64,000 nucleotides of DNA from Thalassobaculaceae bacterium (lineage in GTDB: Bacteria; Pseudomonadota; Alphaproteobacteria; Thalassobaculales; Thalassobaculaceae), in assembly GCA_965228875.1 (NCBI GenBank), contig OZ245843.1, positions 2,958,616 through 3,022,615 on the forward strand, read 5' to 3'. The notes under the pieces are model-generated. The model worked only from the letters and a program-made list of their open reading frames with translations. It had not been told where the DNA came from and searched no databases. The number at the start of each line of letters is the position of its first letter. The first letter of the stretch is position 1. This document shows, piece after piece, positions 31,010 through 45,431 of the stretch. Position numbers and translations under genes: made by a program.

Positions 31010-31143
31010 CCGATCCTCCCGGTCGTCTTTGTTGGATTCTGGTTTGTTGGTCTCTGGCGTTGCGCCATTTCCCCATGGCGCGGCCGCGTCGGTCAAGGTG
31101 TCGGCTGGCCACGGCCGGGATGACCGGGCTCCGCCGGGTGGGT

Positions 31144-31836
31144 TCACCTCACGGCCGGCAGTTCGACCCCGCCTTCGCGCACCACCCGCAGGATCTCGGC
31201 CGTGGATGTCTCGACATGCCGTGCCATGGTGCGCCACACCGCCTCGGCGTCGCCGGCGAGCACCAGGGCCAGAATCTCCTCGTGCTCTTCGTTGGACAGG
31301 GCGGCATGACCGGTCATCCGCCACATCAGCCGCAGGTAGCGTTCGAAGCGGGCCCGCAGACCATGGACCAGATCCAGGGTGATCGGCCGCTCGGCGGCGC
31401 GGTAGAGCGCATCGTGAAACCGGGCGTTGGCGGTCATCAGCTGCGCCGGGGTCCGCGCCTTGTCCATGGCGGCGATCGCCGACCGCGCCGCCGCTGCGTC
31501 GACGGCGGCCCTGCGTTCCGCGGCGCGGGCTGCCAGGTCCGGTTCCAGGGACAGGCGCAACGCGCCGAGCTCCTCCGCCTCGGCGGCGGCGAGCCCGGCG
31601 ACCCGGACGCCCCGGTTGGGCACGGCAATGGCCAGGCCCTGCGCCTCGAGCCGCCGGAACGCCTCGCGGATCGGCGCCTGACTGGTGCCGAAACGCTGGG
31701 CCAGGTGTTCCTGTCGCAGCCGGGCGTTCGGCGGGTGCACACCGTCGAGGATCTCCTCGCGCAACAGGCTGGCGATCTCGTCGGGCATCGACTTACGGGT
31801 CGAAAACAGGGTGCGGTCGGCGTCCATGGTCTCCAT
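31144..31836 (-). CDS. GntR (FadR/FCD) transcriptional regulator
   Basis: LAQRFGTSQAPIREA wHTH; ANARFH and EHEEI FCD domain. Confidence 0.9.
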   Translation of the reverse strand: METMDADRTLFSTRKSMPDEIASLLREEILDGVHPPNARLRQEHLAQRFGTSQAPIREAFRRLEAQGLAIAVPNRGVRVAGLAAAEAEELGALRLSLEPDLAARAAERRAAVDAAAARSAIAAMDKARTPAQLMTANARFHDALYRAAERPITLDLVHGLRARFERYLRLMWRMTGHAALSNEEHEEILALVLAGDAEAVWRTMARHVETSTAEILRVVREGGVELPAVR

Positions 31837-31867
31837 CCTCGCGGTTGACACGGCGCTGTCTACGGCT

Positions 31868-31892
31868 CAAATTATCGTTTATCGATAATTTG
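31868..31892. promoter_or_regulatory. Palindromic operator, probably bound by the GntR regulator
   Basis: CAAATTATCG-TTTAT-CGATAATTTG between divergent genes; TTGACA at 31845-31850. Confidence 0.7.
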
Positions 31893-31903
31893 GAGTCCAA
31901 GTC

Positions 31904-32608
31904 ATGCGGCCAGAGGATTTCGACGCGGTCACCTTCGATGTGTATGGAACGCTGATCGACTGGGAACCGTCGATTCTCTCGCGGCTGCGCGGCTGGGCCG
32001 AGGCGAACGGCGCCGAGGCGACGGACGGCGCACTGATCGACGCCTTCGACCGGGCGCGGGCGCACTACCAGACACTCTCACCGGCACGCCCCTATCCAAG
32101 GATTCTCGAACTCTCCATCGCCTACGTGGCCGGCGAGTGGGGTGGCCGCGTCGACCCGGAGGAGCAGCGGGCCTTCGGCGCCTCGGTCGGCGAGTGGCCG
32201 GCATACGACGACAGCGTCGCCGCTCTCGCCCGTCTGAGGGAGCGTTTCGTCCTGGGCGCGCTGACCAACATGGACGACGCCTCCTTCGCCCTGTCCAACA
32301 CGCGGCTGAACACCCCGTTCGAGGTGGTCGTCACGGCGGAGCGGGCCGGCGCCTACAAGCCGGCTCTGCGTCATTTCGTGCTGTCCCTGACCGATCTCGC
32401 GGCCCGGAGCATTCCGCCCCACCGCGTCCTGCACGTCGCCCAGAGCCGGCGGGCCGATGTGCGTCCCTGCAACCTGCTGGGCCAGACGGTGGTGCACATC
32501 GACCGGCCGGGCAAGGCGCTGGGCCATACTGGATTCGGCGCGGAACTGGCCGCACCGGACGCCCGCCATCCCACCATGGCGGCGTTCGTGGAGGCGTTCC
32601 TGGGATAA
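31904..32608 (+). CDS. HAD-family hydrolase (haloacid dehalogenase type II-like)
   Basis: FDVYGTLIDWE, YKP, LHVAQS. Confidence 0.87.
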   Translation: MRPEDFDAVTFDVYGTLIDWEPSILSRLRGWAEANGAEATDGALIDAFDRARAHYQTLSPARPYPRILELSIAYVAGEWGGRVDPEEQRAFGASVGEWPAYDDSVAALARLRERFVLGALTNMDDASFALSNTRLNTPFEVVVTAERAGAYKPALRHFVLSLTDLAARSIPPHRVLHVAQSRRADVRPCNLLGQTVVHIDRPGKALGHTGFGAELAAPDARHPTMAAFVEAFLG

Positions 32609-32705
32609 CGGCCGCGCTCCCGATCCCCTCTCGACAAGCCGGTGGCGACCGCGCACCTTGCGCGCATTCAGGCAGGCAATTCAGATGCGCCAGGGAGAAA
32701 GAAGG

Positions 32706-33743
32706 ATGGGCAAGCCGAAGGTTGCCGTGTTCGCGCTCGGCGGCACGATCTCGATGGTCAAGGGGGAGGCGGGCGTGCGGCCGGGCCTCACCGCCGAGCA
32801 GTTGGTGGCGGCCGCTCCGGGAATCGATGCCCTGGCCGAGATCGAGGCGTGCACGGTCAGCACCATCGGCAGTTCCGACCTGTCGGTTCCGGCCGTCCTC
32901 GACGTCGCCCGCGCCATCGAGGAGGCGGCGGCGCGCGGCATCGACGGGGCGATCGTCACCCAGGGAACCGACACCATGGAGGAGTCCGCCTTCCTGCTCG
33001 ACCTGGCGCTGCAGCTCGACATCCCCGTCGTCGTGACCGGGGCGATGCGCAACCCGCTGTCGATCTCCCACGACGGACCGGGCAACGTGTACGCCGCCAT
33101 GCAGGTCGTCACCGATCCGACCGTTCGGCGCGACGCCCGCGCGCTCGGCGTTATGGTGGTGATGCTGGACAGCATCCACGCCGCGATCGATGTGGCCAAG
33201 ACGAACACCGCCCGCATCGACGCCTTCGCCAGTCCGGAGGCGGGCCCGCTCGGCACGGTGGTCGAGGATCGGGTGCGGCTCACCGGGCGGCCGGTCCGCG
33301 ACCACAAGCCGGCTCTCGACTCCGCCCTGGCGGGTGTGCGGCTGACCGGCATCGCCCCGCCCCTGCCCTCGGTCGCGATGCTGACGCTGGCGATGGGCGA
33401 GAGCGGTGGAATGCTCGCGGCGCTGACAGACGACCTCGAGACCCTGGGCTATGGCGGCGTGGTGCTCGGCGCCATGGGCGGCGGACACACGCCATCCTGG
33501 CTCACCCCGCATCTCGACGGCCTGACCGGCCGGATCCCGGTGGTCATGGCCGGGCGCATGCAGGCGGGCTATCTCCTGGCGAAGACCTACGAGCGGGAGG
33601 GCTCGGAGATGGATCTGCTGCGCCGCGGCGTGCGCTCGGCCGGCCGGCTTCCGCCGCTCAAGGCCCGGCTGCTGCTCACCGCGATGCTGATGGGCGGGCT
33701 GGACACCGAGGCCATGGACCGGATCTGGGCCACCCTGAACTGA
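32706..33743 (+). CDS. Asparaginase
   Basis: LGGTISM, TQGTDTMEE, VVTGAMR. Confidence 0.9.
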   Translation: MGKPKVAVFALGGTISMVKGEAGVRPGLTAEQLVAAAPGIDALAEIEACTVSTIGSSDLSVPAVLDVARAIEEAAARGIDGAIVTQGTDTMEESAFLLDLALQLDIPVVVTGAMRNPLSISHDGPGNVYAAMQVVTDPTVRRDARALGVMVVMLDSIHAAIDVAKTNTARIDAFASPEAGPLGTVVEDRVRLTGRPVRDHKPALDSALAGVRLTGIAPPLPSVAMLTLAMGESGGMLAALTDDLETLGYGGVVLGAMGGGHTPSWLTPHLDGLTGRIPVVMAGRMQAGYLLAKTYEREGSEMDLLRRGVRSAGRLPPLKARLLLTAMLMGGLDTEAMDRIWATLN

Positions 33744-33752
33744 CCAGACGGT

Positions 33753-33776
33753 CCGGAGCCGGCCGCCCGGCTCCGG
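33753..33776. terminator. Hairpin between convergent genes
   Basis: CCGGAGCCGG-ccgc-CCGGCTCCGG; no U-tract. Confidence 0.45.
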
Positions 33777-33783
33777 TCGCGAC

Positions 33784-35787
33784 CTACGCCGACTGGACCC
33801 TGCCGACGAAGCGGTCGACCACGTTCTTCAGCTCACCCGAAACGGCGGTGGTCCGACCCGCCGCATCGGCGACATCGCCGACGGTGGCGACCGTCCGGTC
33901 GGTCGCGTCGTTGACGCCGCCGATGTTCACCGAGAGCTGCTCCGTTCCGCGCGCCGCCTCCTGCATGTTGCGGGTGATCTCCGCCGTCGCCGCCTTCTGC
34001 TCCTCGACCGCGGCCGAGATGGCCGCCGAGATCTCGTCCACCCGCTCGATGCTGGTGACGATCTCACGAACGGCGTCGACTGACGTGCCGCAGGCCTGCT
34101 GGACGCGCTGAATCTTCTCGGCGATCTCCTCCGTCGCCTTGCCGGTCTGGGTCGCCAGGCTCTTCACCTCGGAGGCCACGACCGCGAAGCCCTTGCCGGC
34201 ATCTCCCGCCCGCGCGGCCTCGATCGTGGCATTCAGCGCCAGCAGGTTGGTCTGCTCGGAGATGCTGGTGATGAGCTCGACCACCTGGGCGATCGCCTCC
34301 GACTGGGTCGCCAGATCCTCCATGGAGGACAGGGTGACACGGGCCTTGTCAGAGGTGTTGCGCACGGTATCGCTTGAGCGCGTGACCTGGCTGACGATTT
34401 CGCCGAAGGAGGAATCCATCTCCTCCGCTGCCGCCGACACGCTCTGCACGTTCGACGAGGTCTGCTCCGAGATCGACGCGACTTCGGTGCTGCGATCCTT
34501 AGTCTCGCCGGCGACCGTGCGCAGGGTTTCGGCCGATCCACCCAGCTCCTCGGAGACGCCGCGCAGCTTCTCCAGCCGGTCGCCGACGGCCGTCTGGAAT
34601 TCGGTGATGGCTTCTTCCAGGGCGGCGGACCGCGCCTGGCGCCGACGATTGAGATCTGCCTGCTCGGCTTCGAGCTGGCGGGTACGCTGCATGTTCTCCT
34701 TGAACACCTGCACCGCCCGAGCCATCTGACCGACCTCGTCGCGGGTTTCCGTCGACGGCACCTCGGTCTCGAGCTCGCCCTCGGCGAGGAGACCCATGCT
34801 GTCGGTCAGGGCATGAACAGGACCGGTGATGCTGCGGGCGATCACCGCGGCCGCCAGCATGCCGATGACGAGCGCCGCGAGCGAGACGGCGGCGGCGACG
34901 ATCAGCGCGAACTCCGCCGAGCCGCGCATCGTCCCGCCGAGTTCGTTCTGAATCTCGAGATACTTGGTCTCCATCTCGTCGATCAGAGCCGCGGACTGCG
35001 CGCCGACGACGTTCAGCGTATCGGCGATCAGCGCGGTGCGTTTCTGAGTGACGCCGGCGACCGCCTCGAAGGCTTCGCCATAGGACGTCAGATCCTCCTG
35101 GACGGTGATGGCGCGGAAGTCCCCGGAGTCGATCAGCTTGGTCATGATGCCCTGCGCCTTCTCCAGGTAGGAGCGGACATACTCGATGGCAGCCGGATCG
35201 TTCGTCACCAGGAAGCGTTGCGAGGCGAAGCGGACCTCGAGCGCGCCCTCAAGCGCATAGGACAGGTCGCCCATCGCCTCGACCTCGGCCCATTCCTTGG
35301 CGTCCTCGACCATCTCCTTGATCGTCGCGGTGAAACTCGGGCCGATTGCATCGAGCTGTCCGACGATCTCGTTGCGCTGCGCCTGAAGCGCCGTGACCTC
35401 GCTGAAGGTCTGGCCGTAGGTCGTCATGTTCTGCTGAAGCTGGCCGAGCCGGACGACCTGTTCCTCGTCGGTAATCGAGCCCTGAGCCTCGTCCAGCAGC
35501 GCCTGCGTCCGCTGCAGGCGCGTCTCAACGGTCGTGATCGCCTCGTCCGAACCGGAGACCTCGAAGTCCTTCACACCGAGCTGCGTGGTCAGGATCGAGG
35601 CCTGAATTCGGGCGATCAGATTGGTGTTGGCCGCGATCCCGCTGTAGTGCTCGACACTTCCGCGTGACTGCCAGAGGCTGAAGCCGACCTGTCCCGCAAG
35701 AACGAGGAGCAGGACGATCACGATGCCGAAGCCGGCGGCAAGTCGGGTGCCGATCCGCAGGTTCGACAGGTTCAGCAGGCCTGACAT
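33784..35787 (-). CDS. Methyl-accepting chemotaxis protein (2 TM, HAMP)
   Basis: [31 protein letters not shown]. Confidence 0.95.
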   Translation of the reverse strand: MSGLLNLSNLRIGTRLAAGFGIVIVLLLVLAGQVGFSLWQSRGSVEHYSGIAANTNLIARIQASILTTQLGVKDFEVSGSDEAITTVETRLQRTQALLDEAQGSITDEEQVVRLGQLQQNMTTYGQTFSEVTALQAQRNEIVGQLDAIGPSFTATIKEMVEDAKEWAEVEAMGDLSYALEGALEVRFASQRFLVTNDPAAIEYVRSYLEKAQGIMTKLIDSGDFRAITVQEDLTSYGEAFEAVAGVTQKRTALIADTLNVVGAQSAALIDEMETKYLEIQNELGGTMRGSAEFALIVAAAVSLAALVIGMLAAAVIARSITGPVHALTDSMGLLAEGELETEVPSTETRDEVGQMARAVQVFKENMQRTRQLEAEQADLNRRRQARSAALEEAITEFQTAVGDRLEKLRGVSEELGGSAETLRTVAGETKDRSTEVASISEQTSSNVQSVSAAAEEMDSSFGEIVSQVTRSSDTVRNTSDKARVTLSSMEDLATQSEAIAQVVELITSISEQTNLLALNATIEAARAGDAGKGFAVVASEVKSLATQTGKATEEIAEKIQRVQQACGTSVDAVREIVTSIERVDEISAAISAAVEEQKAATAEITRNMQEAARGTEQLSVNIGGVNDATDRTVATVGDVADAAGRTTAVSGELKNVVDRFVGRVQSA

Positions 35788-35846
35788 TATGGTTATCCTT
35801 TTCGCTAAAGTCGCTTCCTCCAAGACCGCATGGTCACAGTGAATAA

Positions 35847-35862
35847 TTAAGGTTTTCTGAAC
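35847..35862. promoter_or_regulatory. CtrA-like box upstream of an MCP gene
   Basis: TTAA-ggttttc-TGAAC, 1 mismatch to TTAA-N7-TTAAC. Confidence 0.5.
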
Positions 35863-36011
35863 GTAAAAATAGTCGCATTTTACACGTATTCAGGGCGGAT
35901 GCCCTTGAAGACCGAAAGGCACTGTAGGTAAACGACTCTTGACCTTCCTGTCGGCGCCGGGCGGCCAGTGCCGCCTCTTCGCAATGTCCGCCCTGCGATC
36001 GCCTTCCGCCC

Positions 36012-37694
36012 TCAGCGGGCGCCGAAGTTCCGCGCTTCCTCGGACGCCCGCTGCATGTTGGCGGACATATCGTTAGCGACCGAACTCTGCTCCTCGACCG
36101 CCGTTGCGGTCGACGCGACGTACTCACGGACATCGTCCATTGCCTTGCGGATCGCGGCGAGAGACGCCACCACGTCGGTGGAGACCCCACGCATCCGGTC
36201 GATGTTCTCGGTGATGCGATCGGTGGCGCTCTTGGCCTGATTGGCCAGATTCTTCACCTCGTTTGCCACGACGGCGAAGCCTTTTCCGGCCTCGCCGGCG
36301 CGGGCGGACTCGATGGTCGCGTTCAGGGCGAGCAGGCTGATCTGCCCGGTAATGTCGTTGATCGCCTCGACGATCCCGCCCATGGCCCGGGTGGCGTCGT
36401 CCAGCGCCGAGGTCTGGTCGTTGGCGGACACGACCAGGTCGAACGCCTCGGTCGTCGTTTCCCTCGACTTGACCATGCTCTCGGCGATCTCGCTCACGGA
36501 CGCGTTCAACTGCTCCGCGCCGGCGGCGATGGTCTCCATCAGCTGCTGGACATGTTCGGCCCGTTTGCGCGCGAGGACCTGCTCGGTCACGTCGGCGGCG
36601 AACTTGACGACCTTGACCGGCCGTCCGTCGATGTCTCGGATCGGATTATAGGAGGCCTGGATCCAGACCTCGCGCCCGCCCTTGCCGAAACGGCGGTACT
36701 CGCCGGCCTGAAATTCGCCCCTGCGCAGAGCGTCCCAGAAAGCCTTGTAGTCCTGGCCGGCCTGCTCGTCTCGATCGACGAACATCCGGTGGTTCTTCCC
36801 CTTGATCTCGCCAAGAGAGTAGCCCACGGCTGCCAGGAAGTTCTCGTTCGCCGTCCGGATCGTGCCGTCGAGTTCGAACTCGATCACCGCCTGCGAGGCA
36901 TGGATGGCATCGATCTGTCCCTGGGCGTCGGCCGCCTTGAGTTTCCGCTCGGTGATGTCGGACGCGAACTTGATCACCTTGAACGGCTTGCCGTCCAGGT
37001 CGCGGATCGGGTTGTAGGACGCCTGGATCCAGACCTCGCGGCCGCCCTTGGCGATCCGGCGGTACTCGCCCTCGCTGAACCGTCCGTCCGACAGCGACTG
37101 CCAGAACTGCTTGTACTCGGCGCTGCCGGCGTCCGCCTCGGCGACGAACATGCGGTGATGCCGGCCCCGGATCTCCTCCAGCGAATACCCCATGGCATCG
37201 AGGAAGTTCCGGTTCGCCGTCAGGATCGTTCCGTCGAGATCGAACTCGATCACCGCCATCGACTTGCCGATCGCCTCGACCTGGCCGGCGAACGTGGCGT
37301 CGCGGAGCACCCGTTCTGTGACGTCGGTCGCGATCTTGACGATACCGGCGACGTCGCCATTACGGTTCCGCGTCGGTATGTAGCTGGCCTGCAGCCAGAC
37401 ATCGGAGCCGTCACGGCGCAGCCGGCGGAAGACCCGCGTCAGCGTGTCGCCGCGCCGGAGCGACGCCCAGAACTCCCGATACTCTGCGGAGTCCCGCTGC
37501 TGCGCCGGCACGAACATCCGATGGTGTTTCCCGACGACCTCGTCGCGGGCATATCCCATGACGTCTAGGAAAACTTGATTGGCGTCTCGGATCGTACCGT
37601 CGGGATTGAACCTGATGGCCGCCTGGGAACGATTGACGGCGTCCGCGATGTCCGAGTCGTCGTCGGTCTTCGAAGTCCGTGTGAACAGAAACAT
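36012..37694 (-). CDS. Cytoplasmic chemoreceptor with three PAS domains (BdlA-like)
   Basis: Three repeats of I..AN..FL..GY...G.HH.MF...W.QASY.P, followed by the MCP signalling domain. Confidence 0.92.
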   Translation of the reverse strand: MFLFTRTSKTDDDSDIADAVNRSQAAIRFNPDGTIRDANQVFLDVMGYARDEVVGKHHRMFVPAQQRDSAEYREFWASLRRGDTLTRVFRRLRRDGSDVWLQASYIPTRNRNGDVAGIVKIATDVTERVLRDATFAGQVEAIGKSMAVIEFDLDGTILTANRNFLDAMGYSLEEIRGRHHRMFVAEADAGSAEYKQFWQSLSDGRFSEGEYRRIAKGGREVWIQASYNPIRDLDGKPFKVIKFASDITERKLKAADAQGQIDAIHASQAVIEFELDGTIRTANENFLAAVGYSLGEIKGKNHRMFVDRDEQAGQDYKAFWDALRRGEFQAGEYRRFGKGGREVWIQASYNPIRDIDGRPVKVVKFAADVTEQVLARKRAEHVQQLMETIAAGAEQLNASVSEIAESMVKSRETTTEAFDLVVSANDQTSALDDATRAMGGIVEAINDITGQISLLALNATIESARAGEAGKGFAVVANEVKNLANQAKSATDRITENIDRMRGVSTDVVASLAAIRKAMDDVREYVASTATAVEEQSSVANDMSANMQRASEEARNFGAR

Positions 37695-37954
37695 TGTCGG
37701 CCCGGAATATTTTCGCGCCAAAGCGCATTATCCCCCAAGCCCGATGGCATCAACCTCTAAAATCGCCTGAAATAATTTCTTCTCCTCAAAATCTAGTAAT
37801 TAAATTTAATTCGATAGAACTTCGCACCGACTGGGTTTGTTCGCAACCGGTTCTCGCCGCCCGGTAGCAGACGCCCCGCAGTCGCGCCGCCCATGTCTAT
37901 TGATCGTCGGCGATCTTCAGCGCGCCGGTTCCGGCGCTCGTGACCAGCGGCGGT

Positions 37955-39961
37955 TCAGGCCGCCTGAACCCGCCGAATGAAGGTCTCCACGGCGTTCCGC
38001 ATGGCGCCCGCCTCGCCATCCGTGCGACGCGCCGCCTCGGTGACGTTGCCGACCGTGTCGCTGGTGCGGTCGGTCGCGTCGCTGACCCGGGCGATGTTGC
38101 CGGAAAGCTGCTCGGTCCCCTTCGCCGCCTCCTGCATGTTGCGGGTGATCTCCGACGTCGCCGCCTTCTGCTGCTCGACCGCCGCGGAGATCGCCGCCGA
38201 TATCTCGTTGACCTCCTCGATGCTCGAGACGATCGCCCTCACGGCCTCGACCGAGGACGAGCAGGACGCCTGCACGCGGCGGATCTTGTCGGCGATCTCC
38301 TCCGTCGCATTGCTGGACTGGGTGGCGAGGCTCTTCACCTCGGACGCGACCACCGCGAACCCCTTGCCGGCCTCGCCGGCGCGGGCGGCTTCGATGGTGG
38401 CGTTGAGCGCCAGCAGGTTGGTCTGCTCGGAGATCCCGTTGATGAGCTCGATCACCTGGGCGATCGCCTCGGACTGGGCCTGGAGGTCCTCCATCGCCGT
38501 CAGGGTGTCGCGGGCCCGGCCCGACGTGCTCTCGACAGAGGTGCTGGCCCGACTGACCTGGGTCACGATCTCGCCGAAGGACGAGTCCATCTCCTCGGCC
38601 GCCGCCGACACGCTCTGCACGTTCGACGAGGTCTGCCCCGACGCCGCGGCGGCGCCGGCGCTCTGCTCCTTGGTTTCGGACGCCACCTCGGTCAGCGTGT
38701 GCGCCGACCGGCCGAGTTCGCCGGAAACCTCTCCCAGGGCGACGAGCCGATCCTCGATCTGCGACTGGAAGTCGGTAATGGCAGCCTCCATGGCCTGGGA
38801 GCGTCGGTTGCGCTCCTCCTGCCTGCCCTTCTCCTCGATCTCCATCTCGCGGGCCCGGACCATGTTGTCCTTGAACACCTGGACGGCGCGGGCCATCAGG
38901 CCGACCTCGTCCTTCTGACCGGTCGAGGGGATTTCGGTTTCAAGGTCGCCGTCGGACAGGCGTCCCATCGCCGCGGTCAGTCCACCGACAGGCCCGGTGA
39001 TGCTGCGACCGATCACGAAGGCCGCCGCAAGGCCGAGCACAACCGCCGCCGCCGCGACGCCGAGAACGACCACGACGGATGTCTCCGCCAGCGTCTGCAT
39101 GTCGGTCCCGAGCGTGTCCTGCCTCTCCTGGAAGTCCTGCTTCAGGGTGTCGAGCATGGAGGCGATCTCGGTTCCGATCTGGTCCAGGGACTCCTGAATC
39201 AGTTCGTTGCGCTCGGCACTGATGGCAGCGACCTGCTGCATCGTCTGCTGGTAGTCGGCGAGATCGGTCAGCACCTTTTCGATCACCGAGTCGTCGACCG
39301 TGCCCCGCAGCACCTCGGTCTGTTTGATGGCGGACGCGCTGAAGGAAAGCGCGGACTTCATGTCCTGCTCGTTGTTGTTGCGCAGGAACTTGTTCGCGTC
39401 GAGGCGCATCGCCATCAGGTCCTTCATGGTGAAGGCCAGGGCCGCCGCCTGATCGGGGACGCCGAAATTCGAGACGTCCTCGATCGTCGCTTCCAGCGCC
39501 TGGGTCGCGACCGGCCCCTTGAACTGCATGATCGTCACCAGTTCGTCGCGCATCTGCTGCCTGGCGATGACCTCGTCGAAGACCCGACCGTATTCCTGAA
39601 GCTGGCCGCGCATCGCTTCCAGCCGCTCGGCAATCGATGCGTCCGGCGCCCGCTCCGCCGCCCGGTCGAGCACATCCATGGTCTCGGCCAGTCGGTCCTT
39701 TACCGTGATCACCGCGACCTCCGAGCCTGTCCTCACGTATTCCTCGACGCCGAGCTTGGTCAGCAGGATATCCGTCTCGATCAGGGTGATCTCGCTGGTG
39801 CTGGCCGCGGTCTCCCGGTAGTTCGAGATGTCGTCGCGCGTGCTGAGCAGGTTCACGCTGACGACACCGGCCAGCAACACCATGAGGCCGAGGACGACCG
39901 CGAACGCGCCAATGAGCCGGGTTCCGATCTTGATGTCCGAAAGCATACTCGTCGTGTTCAC
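37955..39961 (-). CDS. Methyl-accepting chemotaxis protein
   Basis: MCP hairpin motif; paralogue of 33784-35787. Confidence 0.95.
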   Translation of the reverse strand: MNTTSMLSDIKIGTRLIGAFAVVLGLMVLLAGVVSVNLLSTRDDISNYRETAASTSEITLIETDILLTKLGVEEYVRTGSEVAVITVKDRLAETMDVLDRAAERAPDASIAERLEAMRGQLQEYGRVFDEVIARQQMRDELVTIMQFKGPVATQALEATIEDVSNFGVPDQAAALAFTMKDLMAMRLDANKFLRNNNEQDMKSALSFSASAIKQTEVLRGTVDDSVIEKVLTDLADYQQTMQQVAAISAERNELIQESLDQIGTEIASMLDTLKQDFQERQDTLGTDMQTLAETSVVVVLGVAAAAVVLGLAAAFVIGRSITGPVGGLTAAMGRLSDGDLETEIPSTGQKDEVGLMARAVQVFKDNMVRAREMEIEEKGRQEERNRRSQAMEAAITDFQSQIEDRLVALGEVSGELGRSAHTLTEVASETKEQSAGAAAASGQTSSNVQSVSAAAEEMDSSFGEIVTQVSRASTSVESTSGRARDTLTAMEDLQAQSEAIAQVIELINGISEQTNLLALNATIEAARAGEAGKGFAVVASEVKSLATQSSNATEEIADKIRRVQASCSSSVEAVRAIVSSIEEVNEISAAISAAVEQQKAATSEITRNMQEAAKGTEQLSGNIARVSDATDRTSDTVGNVTEAARRTDGEAGAMRNAVETFIRRVQAA

Positions 39962-40020
39962 GCCAACGTCTCCTGACAGACCGCATTAACTAACTCGGTC
40001 GGGAGAATTGGCCGGCAATC

Positions 40021-40037
40021 GTTAAAGACGAGTAAAC
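40021..40037. promoter_or_regulatory. CtrA-like box upstream of an MCP gene
   Basis: gTTAA-agacgag-TAAAc; the minus strand reads TTTA-N7-TTAAC. Confidence 0.5.
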
Positions 40038-40092
40038 CTTCGCGATATTCTGTCTATGCGCAGCCGCGTTGGGACCTGGGGCCTCGTGACCC

Positions 40093-40718
<626 letters not shown>

Positions 40719-40722
<4 letters not shown>

Positions 40723-41414
40723 GACCGGAACAACCTCGTGTGCTGGGTTTCGTGTCGCATGGAACACCAGTCGACCATGGGCGCGGCCGACCAGAGATCG
40801 TCGGGGCCGGCGGCGACCGCCGCCGACGCGGTGGAGAGAATAGCCGGTTCCAGCGCCGCCGTGACCCGCTGCCCGTCGGTCTGGCCGATCATCGACAGCC
40901 GGATCGCGGCGGAGACGGTATTGGCCGCCACACCGTGCAGGAAGAACCGCAGGGTGGCCGCGAGATCGATCCCGTGCGCCGCCGCCGCGACGCCGACCGC
41001 GACCGGCAGGGCGAGCTCTATCCTCTCGGAGGCAAACCGCCCGGCCAGGGCGTCCAGGCGCGGATCGGGCCAGGCGGCGCGGACCGTGCGCAGGAAGGCG
41101 TCGCCCTGCACCACCGTCTCCTGGGCGAGTTCCGCCGTGCCCTTCAGGGCCGACGCCAGTTCCGCCGTCTCCAGCAGCGCCGCGTCGTCGTCGAGCCTGC
41201 GGTAGGCGCGGGCCAGGAGCACCGCGTCCTGCCGCGGCGCGCCGGCCAGGATCAGATGCTCGGTCCAGGCCCTCAGGCTCCCGGCGTCGTCGACCAGACC
41301 GGCCTCGACCGCCCACTCCAGCCCGTGACTGTAGGCGAAGGCGCCGACCGGGAAGGATGGCGAAGTCCAGGCCGCCAGCTTCAGCAGGCCCATGGCGTCG
41401 CCGTCAGTGGCCAT
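40719..41414 (-). CDS. ureF: Urease accessory protein UreF
   Basis: [27 protein letters not shown]. Confidence 0.95.
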
Positions 41415-41973
41415 GGCCGTGGGAATGATGGTGGTGGTGATGCCCGTCCCCATGCTCGTGGTCATGCCCGTGGTCATGTCCGTGGCCGTGGGCATGATCG
41501 TGCGAGTGGTCGTGGTGATGGTGGCCGCCCGGGGTCGCCGGGTCGCCATAGGCCCCGCCCTCCGGCTGGAACGGCTGGGTGACGCGCGCCAGTTCGGCGC
41601 CGAGGCCCCTGAGCATGTCCTCGATCACGTGGTCCGGACGGATCAGGATCGCGTCGGCGCGGATCTCCGCCGGCAGGTGACGGTTGCCGAGATGCCAGGA
41701 CAGCTTGAGCAGCGCATGGGAGGAGTTTGCCCGCACCTCGATCAGCTCCTCGGGGGCGGCCTCGATCTTCAGCCAGCCGCCGTCGTCGAGTTTCAGCCCG
41801 TCGCCGCCGGCCATCGCCACCGGCTTGGCAAGGTCGAGCAGGATTTCCTCGCCGCCGTCGGTGGTCAGCATCATGCGGCGCCGGAACCGGGCGTCGAAAT
41901 CCAGGGTGACGACGGCCTTCGCCGCCTCGGCCGGCCAGTGCCCGGCCCGGACATGCTCAACGGCGCGGGTCAT
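41404..41973 (-). CDS. ureE: Urease accessory Ni chaperone UreE with a long His-rich tail
   Basis: WHLGNRHLP, FQPEGGAY, poly-His C-terminus. Confidence 0.95.
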   Translation of the reverse strand: MTRAVEHVRAGHWPAEAAKAVVTLDFDARFRRRMMLTTDGGEEILLDLAKPVAMAGGDGLKLDDGGWLKIEAAPEELIEVRANSSHALLKLSWHLGNRHLPAEIRADAILIRPDHVIEDMLRGLGAELARVTQPFQPEGGAYGDPATPGGHHHHDHSHDHAHGHGHDHGHDHEHGDGHHHHHHSHGHGH

Positions 41974-42003
41974 CTTTTCTCGTTCCTTCCCCAATCTCTT
42001 CCA

Positions 42004-42120
42004 GTCACTCCCCGGATTTGTTCCGGGGCCCACTCTTCAGCGCGCCCGACCGACGGAGATCGTGTACCTGCCGCTCGCGCCGCTTCCGGCGTGGGCCCCG
42101 GCACAAGGCCGGGGAGTGGT
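42004..42120. repeat. Palindromic REP/MITE-like intergenic element
   Basis: CACTCCCCGG-atttgtt-CCGGGGCCCAC ... GTGGGCCCCGG-cacaagg-CCGGGGAGTG. Confidence 0.7.
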
Positions 42121-42137
42121 CATGTGGTTTGTGTTCC

Positions 42138-44189
<2,052 letters not shown>

Positions 44190-44204
44190 GGCCTCTCTCC
44201 TCGC

Positions 44205-44507
44205 TCAGCGGATGGGGTCGTGGACGGTCACCAGTTTGGTACCGTCCGGGAAGGTCGCCTCGACCTGCACCTCGTGCAGCATGTCGGCGATGCCCTCCAT
44301 CACCTGGTCCTTGGAGATGACCTGCGCGCCCGCGGCCATCAGGTCGGCGACACTGCGTCCGTCGCGCGCACCCTCGACCACGAAATCGGTGATAAGCGCC
44401 ACCGCTTCGGGGTAGTTGAGCTTCACCCCGCGCTCCAGGCGCCGGCGCGCGACCGTCGCCGCCATGGCGATCAGCAGCTTGTCCTTTTCACGTGGACTGA
44501 GTTGCAT
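44205..44507 (-). CDS. ureA: Urease gamma subunit
   Basis: [25 protein letters not shown]. Confidence 0.97.
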   Translation of the reverse strand: MQLSPREKDKLLIAMAATVARRRLERGVKLNYPEAVALITDFVVEGARDGRSVADLMAAGAQVISKDQVMEGIADMLHEVQVEATFPDGTKLVTVHDPIR

Positions 44508-44591
44508 GCGACCCTCCCGCTCGTCAGCAGCGCATAGGGTGCCGCCGGTTCTTCCCCGCGTCGATCCTTTTTCGCACTTGCGAGATCCCGG

Positions 44592-45431
44592 CTAGACCGA
44601 CCAGATCACCGGCATCCGCGCCGGACGGTCGAGCCACCGCGATCGCGTCGCACACCAGAGATCGGCCAGCGCCGCGCGCACCGCCGCCGGATCCTCCGCA
44701 AGAAGCCGCAGCACCACGAGATCGTCGGCGAGGGCGCTGGCGCCGATCCGCAGCCCGGCCTCGGCCTCGTGCGCCCGGGCGATCTCAACCGCCTGCGCCG
44801 CCCCGGCGCCGGCCAGGACAAGCGTACCAAGGGCCCTGGCACCGTCCATCCCGGCGGATGCCGCCATGCGGGCGGCGATGTCGCCGTCGAGGGCGAAATC
44901 GTCCGCCCAGGCGAGCCTGCCCCCCCGGCGCAGGAAGATGCGGTCGCGCAGGCGGCCGCTCTTGAATACCTCGCCACGGGCGATCCTTCCGTAGAGCACG
45001 GTCTCGGCGTAGGCGAAGCGTGCGCCGGGGGCGACATCGATGGCGGTGCTCCGGTCGAGGCGAGCACCGTCGAACAGGATCGTGCCCGAGGACAGCATCT
45101 CCAGCACGCCGCCATCGGCGACCCGGAACGCGTTGGACAGCACCGCGTCGGCGCCGGCGCTGCGATAGACCTTCTCCGCCGCCTGGGTGGTGGCGAACAG
45201 CGCCTCCCCGGCCCCGACATCAATGGACACGGAGAGCCGGTCGCCGCCGACCACGCCGCCGGCGACGTTGGCGACAACCACGGTTCGAGGCTCCCCGCTC
45301 TCGGCATGGGGTCGGAACAGCCGCATCGGCGGGGTGAAGTGCAGGTCGGACAGCCGGCCATCGCCCACCGCGACCCGCAGCGCGCCGTCGTAGCGTTCGA
45401 GATCGGACGCGGAAGCGAGGACGGTGGTCAC
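44592..45431 (-). CDS. ureD: Urease accessory protein UreD
   Basis: NVAGGVVGGD, TTQAAEKVYRS; the GTG start overlaps the upstream stop (GTGA). Confidence 0.88.
   Translation of the reverse strand: MTTVLASASDLERYDGALRVAVGDGRLSDLHFTPPMRLFRPHAESGEPRTVVVANVAGGVVGGDRLSVSIDVGAGEALFATTQAAEKVYRSAGADAVLSNAFRVADGGVLEMLSSGTILFDGARLDRSTAIDVAPGARFAYAETVLYGRIARGEVFKSGRLRDRIFLRRGGRLAWADDFALDGDIAARMAASAGMDGARALGTLVLAGAGAAQAVEIARAHEAEAGLRIGASALADDLVVLRLLAEDPAAVRAALADLWCATRSRWLDRPARMPVIWSV

Noticed and set aside
41404..41530. Low-complexity repeat as a separate element
   Set aside because: It encodes the His-rich Ni-binding tail of UreE
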